Origin: Candidatus Sericytochromatia bacterium
GTDB lineage: Bacteria; Cyanobacteriota; Sericytochromatia; S15B-MN24; VGJW01
Length of the DNA stretch: 64,000 bases
Direction: 5' to 3'
NCBI GenBank assembly: GCA_035285865.1
Contig: JAYKHS010000027.1
Location: 1 to 64,000 of the forward strand
In this document: positions 1-8,905 of the stretch, piece by piece
How positions within the stretch are numbered: position 1 is the first letter of the stretch
How the letters are laid out: each line of letters opens with the position of its first letter
Program-made: the position numbers and the translations under genes
The notes under the pieces: generated by a model
Seen by the model: the letters and a program-made list of their open reading frames with translations, nothing else
The model's database searches: none
What the model was told of the DNA's origin: nothing

Positions 1-720
1 TACCGCTCGCGACGGCCCTCCCACGAGGCCGTCCGGGCACGCATCCGCCATCACGCTGCTGCCCGGCCACGCTTCGGGTATCGGCGGCTGGGTGTCCTGC
101 TGGAACGGGAAGGCTTCCTGATGAACCACAAGAAGCTCTACCGGCTCTACAAACTCGAGCAACTCGCCGTCCGACGCCGCAAGCGCAAGAAGCGCATCGC
201 TGAACTCCGGGTCGTCAGGCCTCCCGCAACCCGACCCAATACCCGCTGGTCCATGGACTTCACCGCCGACGCCCTCGCCTGCGGCAGGGCCTTCCGGACG
301 CTCAACATCGTCGTCGACTTCACCCGCGAATGCCTCGCTCTTGAAGTCGACGTTTCCCTGCCCGGTGCAAGGGTCGTGCGGGTCCTCGAACGCCTCGTCG
401 AACTGCGCGGCAAGCCCGAGGTCATCGTCGTCGACAACGGCCCCGAGTTCGCGGGCAGGGCCCTCGACGCCTGGGCCTACGAGCAGGGCGTCACCCTGGC
501 CTTCATCCGGCCAGGCAAGCCTGTCGAGAATGCCTTCGTGGAAAGCTTCAACGGAAGATTTCGCGACGAGTGCCTGAACATGCACCACTTCCGCTCCGTC
601 CGACACGCCCGAGACCTCATCGAGGCTTGGCGAAACGATTACAACGGACAACGCCCACACAGCTCCCTCGGGAACCTTACGCCCGAGGAGTTTGCAACAC
701 GTCACCGACAGGTGGCATAA
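1..720 (+). CDS. IS3-family transposase OrfB (5' partial, rve integrase core)
   Basis: Frame is open from base 1 (RFGYRRL); motifs WSMDF, DNGPEF, PGKPVENAFVESFNG, YN..RPHSSLG. Confidence 0.95.
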   Translation, partial: YRSRRPSHEAVRARIRHHAAARPRFGYRRLGVLLEREGFLMNHKKLYRLYKLEQLAVRRRKRKKRIAELRVVRPPATRPNTRWSMDFTADALACGRAFRTLNIVVDFTRECLALEVDVSLPGARVVRVLERLVELRGKPEVIVVDNGPEFAGRALDAWAYEQGVTLAFIRPGKPVENAFVESFNGRFRDECLNMHHFRSVRHARDLIEAWRNDYNGQRPHSSLGNLTPEEFATRHRQVA

Positions 721-765
721 CCATGAATCCCGGTTTTGAGTTGGACGATAAGCGGGGGCAGGTCA
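1..765 (+). mobile_element. IS3-family insertion sequence (IS407-like group), right portion; the left end lies outside the window
   Basis: DDE transposase OrfB followed by a right terminal repeat-like sequence TTGGACGATAAGCGGGGGCAGGTCA ending in CA at 765. Confidence 0.85.
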
Positions 766-894
766 ACTCGACGGTTGGCCAAGCCGCCAAGGTTCTTCGG
801 CAGGCCGTTTCGGGGGACCTGGATCGGGCAAGCATCGCCCCGGCTATCCTTGGAATTCCCCGCAAAAGTTGCCCCGGTGTTGCCCCGAAGCATA

Positions 895-928
895 AAGCGG
901 GTCCCGGCGAAATCGCCGAAACCCGCTT
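895..928 (-). terminator. Stem-loop downstream of tRNA-Arg
   Basis: AAGCGGG..CGGCGA-AA-TCGCCG..CCCGCTT inverted repeat just past the tRNA 3' end. Confidence 0.55.
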
Positions 929-937
929 CCTGTCTAG

Positions 938-1011
938 CGCGCTCAGAGGGATTCGAACCCCCGACCTTCTGATTCGTAGTCAGACGCTCTATCCGGCTGA
1001 GCTATGAGCGC
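938..1011 (-). tRNA. tRNA-Arg (anticodon ACG), CCA not encoded
   Basis: Reverse complement GCGCTCATAGCTCAGCCGGATAGAGCGTCTGACTACGAATCAGAAGGTCGGGGGTTCGAATCCCTCTGAGCGCG folds as a cloverleaf with a GTTCGAA T-loop. Confidence 0.97.
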
Positions 1012-1160
1012 ATGCGCTGAAGGTCTGTCCATCATGCCGGACGCCGTGCCTGAGCGTCAAGCTTTGGCTCTTCGTGAAATTCCTGATCGGGGCGGAAGGT
1101 TGCTGTCTGCGGGTACGGACAATCTGAAGGCGATCAGGATTCGAAAGCGCACAGGTATCC

Positions 1161-2849
1161 ATGAACATCCAGGGTCCGAACGGAAATCGTAGTACCGGCC
1201 CCCTGAAGGGTACGGGACAGCTGCCACAGGGAAGCGCAGCTCCCGCCGCGGAAGACAGCTTCAAACTCCTGAAGAAGGACAGTCTCGTTCGCACGGGCCC
1301 GCTCTCACAGGAGACGCGAGCCAACGCCACCGACGCAAGCCCTGCGGAAATCGCTGCCGAGATCGACAAGATGCTGGGCGGACCGCCCGAGACTGGTTCT
1401 CGGTTCATCACGGCCCCAGGTGCCGCATGGTCGCTGCAGGAAGCCGTTGCGGTCCGCGATGCCCTTCGCATGGTGCCGGCCTCGGACCGTGCGGCCCTGC
1501 GCAACACCGTCTTCGAGAATTTCCCCGCTGGAACGGCCAACCTGAAAGAGGTCTTCGGTGACGCGAGTTTCTACTCCAACAACGTGAACGGAGTCACCCG
1601 CATCCGCATCTCGGACGCCGTTTCGAAACTGCCGGGCCGGGACACGCCCGATGACCTGAAATCCGTGGTCCTTCACGAAATCGGACACATCGTCCAGGGT
1701 CAGGGACGCTGGGACGCCAGCGAGATTCGCGAGTTCGGCAAGCTGTCCCAATGGACGCGCCCGGACGGCAAGATTGCCAACGGCTACGACAAGAACTTCA
1801 ACGCCATCGTGGCCGACGGGCAGGACAAACCGGTACGGACGGACAACTTCGTCTCCGATTACGCCAAGACAGCCCCTCATGAGGACTTTGCCGAGAGCTA
1901 CCGGGCTTACCTGAGCAACCCGGCTCAGTTGCTCTCCATGGCTCCGGAGAAATTCCTCTACATCAACGCCACGCGCAAGGCGTACTCCGTCGAGGACATG
2001 CTGCGCATGCAGGGTCCGGATGCCGACATGGCACGCGAACGCCTGGAGGCCACGCTGGATCAGTTGGCAGGGTCCAAGCTGAACCCGGAAACGCTTGCCG
2101 GCATTCGCGCCCAGTTCCCACCGGGCAGTCTCCCCAACACGGCGGGCATGGCCGGGGTCATTCGCAGCCTGCGGGAGATGGCCGGAAACCCGGACGCGCT
2201 CAAGGCCTTCGAGGCCAGTCCGGATGCGCTGGGCAACGCCCTGAAGGGCCTCTCTGCAGGCGAGATGAAAATCCTGGCGGATCCTGCGCTGCGCGCACAA
2301 CTGGTGGCTGACGTGAAGGGGGCGTCACTGGCACCCAAGGATTCGATCAATGCCAAGGACGTGGCCGCCCTTAAAGCCATGTTCAAATCCATCATCAATG
2401 ACAGCCCGAAGACAATCATGGGCGCCAGTTGGCTGCGGCAGAGCCCGAAGGCTCGCTTCGACTACATCAAGGGCAAGCTCATGAAGGCGCTGCCCAAACT
2501 CAGCCCAGAACTACAGGCCGTCATCAAGGCGGATCTGGCCAAGGGCACCAAGGGTGTCATCTTCGCCCTCGGCAACCACCCGACCTTCGTCCGGATGATG
2601 GAGGACATGTGGCCGAAACGGGCCTTGTTCGGACTCATCAAGTACAGCAACGGTGACCCGAAGATGGTCGCCCGCGCCAACAACGCCGTCGACAAGTGGG
2701 GCGAAGCCGAAATGCAGGCGTGGTCCGATCTGCTGGCCAAGGGTAATCCGAAAGCCATTGACGGCCAGATGAAGAACATCGACCTCATCCTTCGGAAAGA
2801 CAGCTTTGGTCCGATGAAGGCGGGGATGGAGGCCCAAGTCGCTGCCTGA
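1161..2849 (+). CDS. Zinc-dependent metallopeptidase-domain protein (HExxH...EDFAE) with a helical C-terminal region
   Basis: VVLHEIGHIV (HEIGH at 1674-1688) and downstream VSDYAKTAPHEDFAESY; low-complexity N-terminus with no signal peptide. Confidence 0.75.
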   Translation: MNIQGPNGNRSTGPLKGTGQLPQGSAAPAAEDSFKLLKKDSLVRTGPLSQETRANATDASPAEIAAEIDKMLGGPPETGSRFITAPGAAWSLQEAVAVRDALRMVPASDRAALRNTVFENFPAGTANLKEVFGDASFYSNNVNGVTRIRISDAVSKLPGRDTPDDLKSVVLHEIGHIVQGQGRWDASEIREFGKLSQWTRPDGKIANGYDKNFNAIVADGQDKPVRTDNFVSDYAKTAPHEDFAESYRAYLSNPAQLLSMAPEKFLYINATRKAYSVEDMLRMQGPDADMARERLEATLDQLAGSKLNPETLAGIRAQFPPGSLPNTAGMAGVIRSLREMAGNPDALKAFEASPDALGNALKGLSAGEMKILADPALRAQLVADVKGASLAPKDSINAKDVAALKAMFKSIINDSPKTIMGASWLRQSPKARFDYIKGKLMKALPKLSPELQAVIKADLAKGTKGVIFALGNHPTFVRMMEDMWPKRALFGLIKYSNGDPKMVARANNAVDKWGEAEMQAWSDLLAKGNPKAIDGQMKNIDLILRKDSFGPMKAGMEAQVAA

Positions 2850-2853
2850 ACCT

Positions 2854-3666
2854 ATGCCGCTCCACCCCTCGGTTGAACGGCTTGATCGGGCGCTCCTCCA
2901 GAAGTGGGCAATCGTGACCTCCTCCGGCGAATGGCCATACCATCGTCTGCCGGAGCGTCTCGCAGACATACTGGAACTGCCCGAGGCGATGCGTACCCTA
3001 CACGCCGCCATCTGGCGAGACATCTACCTCGCGGCCGACATCCTCGATGACTTTCAGGATGGCGATCTGAACGGTGAACCTGCGCAAAACATGGCTCCAC
3101 TGGTCAGCATCCTTTGCCTCTCTCGAGCCATGGCACTCGTTGGGCAGACAGTCGCGCCTACTGCAGTTCTTGATCTTGTCGCCAACACTTTGAGCGCTTT
3201 GGTTCAGGCTCAGGCTTGGGACCTCATGCCTGAGCAAGCATCAAAATTGACGCTGATGGCGAGCATCGAGAATCGCACCGGTGCCACCATGGGCGGCACG
3301 GTCGCCATGCTGGGTGTCTTGAGCGGACGGGAATATCCCTCGACCGAGACCCTAGGACGATGGGGGCACAACATAGGCGCTGCGCTTCAGTGGCGCAGCG
3401 ACCTCGATGCAGCCGCAGAAGCAGGCCCCACAAGCCATCGGTGGAAGTTGCTCGAGAAGAGCACGGCGGGCTTGGGTTTGGACCTGCCTGCACCCGCCGG
3501 GCTCGTACTCGCTGCGATCCGCTTGCGCATCCTCCAACTGCAGGCGAACGTTCTGTATGAGATGACTGGCAGCGAGCCCAGAGGCCTGCGCGAGGCCTTC
3601 GAAGAGGCATTTGACGTGGCACTGGACCTCAGGTTGGCCGAGCGACGTCTGAGCAGATTCGCGTGA
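2854..3666 (+). CDS. Class I isoprenoid synthase-fold protein, ComQ-like prenyltransferase
   Basis: First Asp-rich motif LAADILDDFQDGD; Q-x-x-D-L (AQAWDL); degenerate second motif IGAALQWRSDL. Confidence 0.65.
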   Translation: MPLHPSVERLDRALLQKWAIVTSSGEWPYHRLPERLADILELPEAMRTLHAAIWRDIYLAADILDDFQDGDLNGEPAQNMAPLVSILCLSRAMALVGQTVAPTAVLDLVANTLSALVQAQAWDLMPEQASKLTLMASIENRTGATMGGTVAMLGVLSGREYPSTETLGRWGHNIGAALQWRSDLDAAAEAGPTSHRWKLLEKSTAGLGLDLPAPAGLVLAAIRLRILQLQANVLYEMTGSEPRGLREAFEEAFDVALDLRLAERRLSRFA

Positions 3667-6053
3667 ATCAGCGTCACCTCACAGTTGGCCATCTGCTGCT
3701 GCAAGCCGTCGCACTCGTCGTGACACTCTGGACAACGACAGACTGGGTAGGCCAAACCTTCCACGGCTTTCGCGTCGATCGTGCGCTCTTTGTCTCCAGC
3801 TTCAACCAGGACAACTGGGAAGGCCCCAAGGCCGGCATCCAACCCGAAGACCAGATTCTAGCCTTGGATGGCATAACCTTGACCAGCTACCACCAGTTCG
3901 AGGCCCTGGTCCGCAAGAAGGAACCCAGAGACCAGATCACGCTCAGCATCGGTCGCCAAGGGGCCACCCAGTCCCTTGACCTTCGTCTCCAGACATTCTC
4001 GTGGGCCGATTGGCGCAGCAGCACGCTGCCAGCCTTGTTCCTCTGGGCCCTGCTTGTCGGCATGGCAACCGTGACCCACATCAGGGCACCGGCGAATGCA
4101 ACTGCCGGAATTCCCATGCTCGCCTTTCAGGGCGGATTGGCACTCTATCTGCTCACGGGAGTTGAGTTCGATCTCGGCGGTCGATTGGGGCCCTTGGTCT
4201 ATCTGGCATTCCAAGCTGTTTCATGGGCCGCATTGAGCCTTGCGGTTACATTTCCTACCCCGACAATCGCCCCGGGGCGCTCCCCACTCCCGCTGCGCCT
4301 TATGGTGGGCATGGCTGCCGGCACGCTTGGCGTGGTGACGGTCATCGCCTTGCACCGGGCAACGCAAAGGCCTGCTGACCATCAACTCTATACTTTGGTG
4401 GTCTGGCAAGGCACCGTGGCACTGGCCTTCCTCGCCACCCTCTCCCTGCTCGTCAGCCTCACGCTGCGTGCCTGGCGCACCCGCAACCTGCTGCATCGCC
4501 GTCAGGCCCAGATCACGCTTGTCGGCGCCCTGATTGCCTTCCTGCCGTGGACGCTGGTCTGGGCGATCCGTGACCCTGCGCTCCAGACCCTGGCCTATAG
4601 CGCAACCTTGCTGTGCTTCACCGCATTCCCCGCATCGATTGCCTATGCCATCGTTCGGGCACGCCTGTTCGACATCGAAGTGGTCCTTCGCCGGACCCTG
4701 CAGTACGTCCTGACCCTGCTCATCCTGGGCACCGGTTACGTCGGCAGCATGGCGCTGCTGACTTCGGGAGCCGGCAGTGCCCTTGGCCTCGGGGACAGCC
4801 CCACGGCAGCATCTGCGGCCACGGCCCTGCTGGCCTTGGCCTTCCAGCCCCTCTCGCGACGCATCCGCGAGCGGATCGACCGGGTCTTCGATCGGTCGGC
4901 CTACAAGCCCCAGCAGGTCCTGGGCACTTTCGGGCTGCAGACCCGGCAGGCCGCCACAGCAGAGGCTCTCTTCCACGCCCTTCAAGGAGCTCTGGATGCC
5001 TCGGTGCGGCCGACCTTCGTCAGCCTGTCGATGCCGGGCCATGGCAACTGGCAGTCAGGCCATCCCGAGACCGCCCTGACCTCCCCTCTGCTCCATGGTC
5101 AGGAGAGCTTCGGTGTCGTCACCCTGGGACCTCGGCAGTCCGGCCTGGAATACGGCACGGCAGACGAGGCCTTCCTTCAGAATCTGGTCAACCAGTTGGC
5201 CCTCGCCGCCGAAAACGTGCTGCTGGTGGAACGCGTCAAGGCCCAGGAGCGCGTGACCCAAGAGCTGGAGATCGCGCACCAGTTGCAGGAATCCCTCTTG
5301 CCGGACCGGCTGCCGAGCCTGCCTGGCGCGGATGTGGCCGTCTGGCACGAAGCGGCACTGGAGATGGGCGGCGATTTCCACGACGTGCTCGAACTGCCGG
5401 GCGGCAAACTGGGCCTACTGGTCGGGGATGTCTCCGGCAAGGGCCTGCCGGCAGCCATGCTGGGCGCCGTGACCTTGACGCTGTTCCGAGCCGTCGCCAG
5501 TCATCACCCCGACGATCCGGCAGAGGTCGTCCGCGCCGTCAATCGCTTGCTGCGTCGTCAACAGGGCCACCGATCGAGGATGTTCGTGGCCTTCACCTAC
5601 ATGATCCACGACCCGGCGTCTGGCCGGCTGATCGGCGTGAACGCCGGCAACCCCCAGCCACTGCACAATGGCGTGCCCATACCGGCCACGGGTCTTCCGC
5701 TGGGCGCCCCGATCGAACCGCATTACAAGCCGTTCGTGATCGATCTTCGGCCTGGAGACGAACTTGTGGCGCTCTCGGACGGCATCACGGACGCTCGGGA
5801 CCCCAATGGCCAGCGCCTTGGCGAAGAACGCGTCGCCCGGTGGCTGCAGACCCGGGACCGACAGGATGCGCGGGATACGCTGCAGCACCTGAGGTCGGCC
5901 CAGTTGACCCACCAGCGCCAGATGGGCCTGTATGACGACACCACCATCCTCGTCCTGCACCAGGGTGCCAGCACACCGCCTGTTCATCCTCACCGGCCCG
6001 AGACCGCTCCGCAGCGCCAGGCCTTCGGGGTGTTCCACCGACCCGGGGGCTGA
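3663..6053 (+). CDS. Membrane sensor: PDZ + multiple TM helices + GAF-like domain + PP2C/SpoIIE phosphatase
   Basis: PDZ signature KAGIQPEDQILALDG; hydrophobic segments; PP2C motifs GGDFHD, VGDVSGKG, SDGITD, DDTT; GTG start overlaps the upstream stop. Confidence 0.88.
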   Translation: MNQRHLTVGHLLLQAVALVVTLWTTTDWVGQTFHGFRVDRALFVSSFNQDNWEGPKAGIQPEDQILALDGITLTSYHQFEALVRKKEPRDQITLSIGRQGATQSLDLRLQTFSWADWRSSTLPALFLWALLVGMATVTHIRAPANATAGIPMLAFQGGLALYLLTGVEFDLGGRLGPLVYLAFQAVSWAALSLAVTFPTPTIAPGRSPLPLRLMVGMAAGTLGVVTVIALHRATQRPADHQLYTLVVWQGTVALAFLATLSLLVSLTLRAWRTRNLLHRRQAQITLVGALIAFLPWTLVWAIRDPALQTLAYSATLLCFTAFPASIAYAIVRARLFDIEVVLRRTLQYVLTLLILGTGYVGSMALLTSGAGSALGLGDSPTAASAATALLALAFQPLSRRIRERIDRVFDRSAYKPQQVLGTFGLQTRQAATAEALFHALQGALDASVRPTFVSLSMPGHGNWQSGHPETALTSPLLHGQESFGVVTLGPRQSGLEYGTADEAFLQNLVNQLALAAENVLLVERVKAQERVTQELEIAHQLQESLLPDRLPSLPGADVAVWHEAALEMGGDFHDVLELPGGKLGLLVGDVSGKGLPAAMLGAVTLTLFRAVASHHPDDPAEVVRAVNRLLRRQQGHRSRMFVAFTYMIHDPASGRLIGVNAGNPQPLHNGVPIPATGLPLGAPIEPHYKPFVIDLRPGDELVALSDGITDARDPNGQRLGEERVARWLQTRDRQDARDTLQHLRSAQLTHQRQMGLYDDTTILVLHQGASTPPVHPHRPETAPQRQAFGVFHRPGG

Positions 6054-6133
6054 GCGCTCCAAGGCCCCTGCGACCAGTCGCCATCGGCCATGCAGCCGAT
6101 GAGTCCGGCGTTCCGGGAGGGTAGTCATGGCGC

Positions 6134-7042
6134 ATGCCACTCACCCCCATGCTGCGTGTCGCCCACCTGTCCGACCTCCATTTCGCGCTCGTGCCCAGAG
6201 CGGGCTGGCCGGAAGGTCCGGACCTCCTGCGTCGCACGATCCAGGCCCTGAACCGCCTCGACCTGGATGCCGTCCTGATGACGGGCGACATTTTCGACCA
6301 GCCAGACCACGACAACGAGACGCTGTCCGCATTCCGTCGCGAGCTGCGCCCGCTGCGCCATCCCTGGTTCGCCGCCTTCGGCAACCACGACGTGGAGGGC
6401 CCGAGGGCGGACCTTGCCCGTCGCAGGCTGATTGACGCCCTCGGGGACAACGGCCTGTCCCATTCGGGCGCCCCTTGGTACTCCGTCCCCCTGCCCCACG
6501 GTCATCGCCTGGTCGTCCTCGACACCACCGACTCGGGCGAGGAGGGCTACCACGGCTGGCAAGGGCGCATGGGGCGCACTCAGGCACAGTGGCTACGACG
6601 CACCCTCCAGCGCCACGAAGACGAGCACATCGTCGTGGCCATGCATCACCCACCGTTCCCGGCCCTGCCCTTCACTCGGGCCCTGCGCTTTGCCGAGAGG
6701 GACGCACGGCGCGTGACCCGCGCCCTTGGGACAGCGGGGGAACATGTTCTTGGAACCCTCTGCGGGCATTACCATCACGCCGCCAGTGCCACCCTTGGCA
6801 ACGTGGCCATCCACGCCACACAGGCGCTCATCGAACACCCGCATCGTTTCCGCGTGCTGACATGGCATCCTGGCGGCTGCCGCTTGGAGTGGCACCTGCC
6901 CGTGGGCGGCTGGGCAACAGCGTGCTGCCCGCCCCGCCACCGTGTTCGCGGACGCATCATCCAGAGCCTGAGTGCCGTGGCCTCGCGTCAGCGCTTGGGC
7001 GGCCCCTCAATGACAAGGCCTGTCGTTATGCGTCGATGGTAG
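6134..7042 (+). CDS. Metallophosphoesterase (calcineurin-like, CpdA-like)
   Basis: HLSDLH, TGD, GNHD, MHHPP and GHYH motifs. Confidence 0.85.
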   Translation: MPLTPMLRVAHLSDLHFALVPRAGWPEGPDLLRRTIQALNRLDLDAVLMTGDIFDQPDHDNETLSAFRRELRPLRHPWFAAFGNHDVEGPRADLARRRLIDALGDNGLSHSGAPWYSVPLPHGHRLVVLDTTDSGEEGYHGWQGRMGRTQAQWLRRTLQRHEDEHIVVAMHHPPFPALPFTRALRFAERDARRVTRALGTAGEHVLGTLCGHYHHAASATLGNVAIHATQALIEHPHRFRVLTWHPGGCRLEWHLPVGGWATACCPPRHRVRGRIIQSLSAVASRQRLGGPSMTRPVVMRRW

Positions 7043-8016
7043 AGACCGGCCCGGCTGTCCACGCCACGGCCCGGCACCACCACGGCAGCCGTGCCGCCTC
7101 CGTCCAGGATCACCGCCTCGTCGATCACCAGCGAAGGGTCGGTTTCCCGGGCCTGCAGCAACCACTGGCCCAGTTCATGCACACCCACGCCACGCCCCTG
7201 GGCGGCATCGCCTTCGGTCGTCAACAGCACCATCCGACCCTCGGCCGTGACGCCGGCGACCGTTCGTGCGTTGGCGGTCCGGCTTGCCTGTCCGGCATTC
7301 AGACCTTGGACCGAGCGCGCACGGTCGTCCGCGAGGCTGCCGGCCGTCAGGAGGACTCCGTTGCCGCCGAAAAGGTCCGTCACGTTTCGGCCAGCCGCAC
7401 GCAGCCTCGCCAGCAGCGCAGTCGCCCTCTCGCCAGCAGCGGCTTCCCCCACGAAGAAACGTCCCTCGGCATCCCGTGCGAGGAAACTGCGCGGGACCGC
7501 GCCCCAACCCGACTTGATGGTCGCGGAGTCCACCCGGACCTCGCCGCCGGCGACGGTCGGACCGACAGGCCGACTGACTGGTGCGTCGGCCAGCGTCGAA
7601 AAGGAGCCGTTGACTGCCGCGACCCGTCCTTCAGCCATCTGGCGGACGGTCTGCGTTCCGAGGCCACCCTCAGCGGAGGGACCGACCCAGAAGCGGACTG
7701 GCGTGCCGGGCTCGACGACTAGCGCGTGCGTGACCTGGCCATTGACCAGCGTCCGCGCATAGCGAACCCCGGGCGCCAGCGTTGCCCACGCTGACGGAAA
7801 GGCCGTACGGGCAAGCGGGCCATCCGGGCGCGGCGGAAGGATTCTCAGCGGCGAGAAGGGACCGTCCTCGCAACCTGCGGATTCGGCCGGCCGACGCTGC
7901 GGTACCCAGCGATCGCGTGCCATGGGGGGCTGGGTCGGGAGGCCGTGCACCGAGGCCGGCCTGCGCTGCGGAGCAACAGGCCATGCCGCCGGACGGCGGG
8001 CAACGTCAAGGACCAT
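6988..8016 (-). CDS. Phosphodiester glycosidase (NAGPA/DUF2233) family protein; start uncertain
   Basis: AAVNGSF, NARTVAG and ILDGGGTA motifs. Confidence 0.7.
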   Translation of the reverse strand: MVLDVARRPAAWPVAPQRRPASVHGLPTQPPMARDRWVPQRRPAESAGCEDGPFSPLRILPPRPDGPLARTAFPSAWATLAPGVRYARTLVNGQVTHALVVEPGTPVRFWVGPSAEGGLGTQTVRQMAEGRVAAVNGSFSTLADAPVSRPVGPTVAGGEVRVDSATIKSGWGAVPRSFLARDAEGRFFVGEAAAGERATALLARLRAAGRNVTDLFGGNGVLLTAGSLADDRARSVQGLNAGQASRTANARTVAGVTAEGRMVLLTTEGDAAQGRGVGVHELGQWLLQARETDPSLVIDEAVILDGGGTAAVVVPGRGVDSRAGLYHRRITTGLVIEGPPKR

Positions 8017-8042
8017 AAGGGTTCATCGCCCCCCGGCCACCC

Positions 8043-8067
8043 AAGGTGACGTCAAGAAGAGCTTAAG
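8043..8067 (-). promoter_or_regulatory. Pho-box-like direct repeats (11-bp period)
   Basis: Minus strand reads CTTAAGCT / CTTGACGT / CTTGGGTG at 11-bp spacing, directly upstream of the NAGPA-family gene. Confidence 0.35.
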
Positions 8068-8864
8068 GCCCAGATGCCATCGGCCCGAAGCAAGCGATCG
8101 AGTGTTTCGGCAGGCCCAAGGCCAATGACCGGAACGTGGTGGCTGGCTGCCGCAAGGACCGCAGGCGTCGCATCCCCGACCGCCACGCCCACCGCGGCCC
8201 TGCGAATCATGGTGAGGTCGTTGTCTGCGTCCCCGAACACCATGACCTCGTGCCAGCCCGCCACAGCGAGCAGGGGCGCAAGGCGCTCGAGCGCCGTGGC
8301 CTTGGTGATGCCCGGGGGCACGATGTCGACGTGGAACGGAAGGCTGCGAAGGACTTCGGCATGGCCGTCGAGCAGGCGGGCAACCTCGGCGAGCACCTCG
8401 GTGACCAACGGTGGCGCTCCCAGGGCCACGACCTTCGAGGCCGCGCCGCCCAGGCCCTCGATGCGCGGCACCACCCGCGCCGGAGCCTTGACTCGGGCAA
8501 GGTACGTTTCCATGAGGGGATCGGCCACGCCCTCGTGCCAGAACTGCTCCTGGCTGTAACGCCCGACCATCAGGCCGGCTGACCTGAGGACCCCGGCCGC
8601 GAGCGTCACGGTTTCCTCAGGGATCAGATACTGCCAGAGCACCTCGCCGGTGGCGGGATTTCGGACGTCGGCGCCCTGAGCCGCGACCAGAGGCGTATCG
8701 AGCGCCAGTTGACGCCAGTAGGGCACGGCCTGGGGGTAGGAGCGCCCCGTCGCGAGCACGACCTTGAATCCGCGTCGGCGCGCATCCCCGAAAGCCTGAA
8801 GGACGGGACCGGCGAGGCGACCGCCATGATCAATCAGCGTTCCGTCGAGGTCGCTCGCGATCAT
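8052..8864 (-). CDS. Cof-type HAD-IIB hydrolase
   Basis: SDLDGTL, LATGR, ITKATAL and FGDADNDLTM motifs. Confidence 0.92.
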   Translation of the reverse strand: MIASDLDGTLIDHGGRLAGPVLQAFGDARRRGFKVVLATGRSYPQAVPYWRQLALDTPLVAAQGADVRNPATGEVLWQYLIPEETVTLAAGVLRSAGLMVGRYSQEQFWHEGVADPLMETYLARVKAPARVVPRIEGLGGAASKVVALGAPPLVTEVLAEVARLLDGHAEVLRSLPFHVDIVPPGITKATALERLAPLLAVAGWHEVMVFGDADNDLTMIRRAAVGVAVGDATPAVLAAASHHVPVIGLGPAETLDRLLRADGIWALSSS

Positions 8865-8905
8865 GCGGATCCGGACGTTTGACCCCGACCCGCCCGGGTG
8901 CAAAG

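Noticed and set aside
2850..3666. A separate small comX ORF beside the ComQ-like gene
   Set aside because: There is no room: a 4-bp gap upstream and an overlapping start downstream; no convincing short Trp-terminal ORF was seen
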